This document shows positions 63,027-64,000 of a stretch of DNA of 64,000 nt, piece by piece; the first letter of the stretch is position 1, and the number at the start of each line of letters is the position of its first letter. The DNA comes from Burkholderiaceae bacterium (GTDB taxonomy: Bacteria; Pseudomonadota; Gammaproteobacteria; Burkholderiales; Burkholderiaceae_D): assembly GCA_030158675.1 (NCBI GenBank), contig JAOASL010000033.1, positions 17,160 to 81,159 on the forward strand. Reading direction: 5' to 3'. The notes under the pieces were generated by a model. The model saw only the letters and a list, made by a program, of their open reading frames with translations, had not been told where the DNA came from and did no database searches. Both the position numbers and the translations under genes were made by a program.

Positions 63027-64000
63027 TCAGAGTGAATTAACGAAGGCGACCAGTGCGTTGCGGTCGTCACGTCCCAGCCGCGCGAATGCGTCGCGCGAGT
63101 GCTGCGCCTCACCGCCATGCCACAGGATGGCCTCGGTCACATCGCGGGCCCTGCCGTCATGCAGCAGATCGACACTGCCATTGACGCGTGCCGACACACC
63201 GATGCCCCACAGCGGCGCGGTGCGCCAGTCGCGGCCGCCGGCACGGAAATCCGGCCGGCCGTCGGCCAATGCCTCGCCCATATCATGCAGCAACAGGTCG
63301 GTATAGGCATGGAAGCGACGCCCCGCCAGTGCCGGCAGCGGATCGTACTTGCCCGCTGTGAGCTCCGGCACATGGCAAACGGCGCAGTTCATTGCGCGGA
63401 ACAGCTGGCTGCCGCGGCGCACCAGTTGCTCGTCCATGCGACGCGGGCGCGGCACATCGGTCGCTGCCATGAAATGATTCACCGCCTGCCATGCCGCATC
63501 AGTCAGCTCCGGCTTGCTCTTCTTGTAGCCGAAATTCAGACACTGCACTTCTGTCCCGGTGCAATCGTCATCCGGATACAGCGAGGTGGTGATGCCCATG
63601 TCGCCGAGATGCGCCGCGGCCACCTGCTGGCTGATCGTCGGCTGATTGGCCTTCCAGCCGAAGCGCCCGAGCCGCTTGCGCCCGGTGTTGTCGTCATTCA
63701 CATAGTTCGGCCGGCCGTTGAAGCCGAGCGCCTTTTGCGCGTCGGCCAGCGCCAGGATGTCAGCCTCCGCGACCGCGTCCAGATAGCCAAGCCCTAGCAA
63801 TGCCGGCGTGTTGCGCAGCGAGGTCATCACCTGCGCGTCGAGTTCACCAAATTTCGCATTCGTGATCGTCACCTTCGGGCGTCGCAGCGTCACTTCGTCG
63901 CCCTCACCCAGCACGATTTTCTCGTGCTGCCATGCGATGTGCACGTCCGCTTCGCCCGACACCGGCTCTGTACTTGGCCCGAAAATGCTGAACGGCTGCA
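63027..64000 (-). CDS. DUF1111-type di-heme oxidoreductase, C-terminal part; the gene runs off the right window edge
   Basis: The frame stays open upstream of the track's GTG at 63962 (...QPFSIFGPSTEPVSGEADVHIAWQ...) to position 64000. The CAVCH heme site and the shared C-terminal block ending ALVAFVNSL make it a paralog of 25868..27298. Confidence 0.85.
   Translation of the reverse strand, partial: QPFSIFGPSTEPVSGEADVHIAWQHEKIVLGEGDEVTLRRPKVTITNAKFGELDAQVMTSLRNTPALLGLGYLDAVAEADILALADAQKALGFNGRPNYVNDDNTGRKRLGRFGWKANQPTISQQVAAAHLGDMGITTSLYPDDDCTGTEVQCLNFGYKKSKPELTDAAWQAVNHFMAATDVPRPRRMDEQLVRRGSQLFRAMNCAVCHVPELTAGKYDPLPALAGRRFHAYTDLLLHDMGEALADGRPDFRAGGRDWRTAPLWGIGVSARVNGSVDLLHDGRARDVTEAILWHGGEAQHSRDAFARLGRDDRNALVAFVNSL

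Noticed and set aside
1-64000. Mobile elements, prophage, defence islands, toxin-antitoxin pairs, tRNA/rRNA genes
   Set aside because: I could not recognise any transposase, integrase, recombinase, phage structural gene, nuclease/helicase defence gene, inverted terminal repeat or cloverleaf-like sequence by eye. A tRNAscan or Rfam scan would be needed to exclude small RNAs formally.

Overview
This is a high-GC, gene-dense chromosomal segment. GC content was not computed. Gene content looks like Betaproteobacteria/Burkholderiales, which is an inference from protein families, not a search result.

I support about 46 protein-coding genes and a handful of intrinsic terminators and operator-like sites. 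I could not recognise any rRNA, tRNA, CRISPR array, transposase, integrase, phage gene or classical defence gene. The many long ORFs antisense to real genes are typical high-GC shadow ORFs.

Recognisable content, left to right:
- livM/livH plus a binding protein
- a secreted MBL lactonase-like enzyme
- a 5-gene ABC-2/GldG-like/HupE operon
- LysR, acyl-CoA dehydrogenase and MmgE/PrpD
- a DUF1501/DUF1800 pair facing a porin and a cytochrome c peroxidase
- a 1334-aa AsmA-family protein
- a GntR / Tat-Rieske / PQQ-dehydrogenase unit facing a DUF1111 di-heme protein
- a Cache-PAS-GGDEF-EAL protein, cfa and pyruvate carboxylase
- mdtABC plus an outer membrane factor
- two small secreted HExxH proteins, MscS and an MFS transporter
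- a UxaA/GarD-like dehydratase
- an SOS-box-controlled small ORF and hsp20
- an orphan NosR-like/ApbE pair and an LLM oxidoreductase
- GlcG-like protein, glycerate kinase and tartronate-semialdehyde reductase
- LrgAB-like proteins, an epoxide-hydrolase-like enzyme and a second (partial) DUF1111 gene

Best candidates for undescribed biology:
1. A PQQ dehydrogenase that lacks the vicinal Cys-Cys ring, carries a D-x-D lanthanide-type pattern, and is co-transcribed with a Tat-exported Rieske protein instead of a cytochrome c.
2. A NosR-like/ApbE module with no nosZ and a non-canonical flavinylation motif.
3. A translationally coupled ABC-2/GldG-like/His-rich anchor/HupE operon.
4. A perfect LexA box in front of an unannotatable 62-aa ORF.

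All family names come from motif and pattern recognition by eye. No BLAST or HMM search was run.
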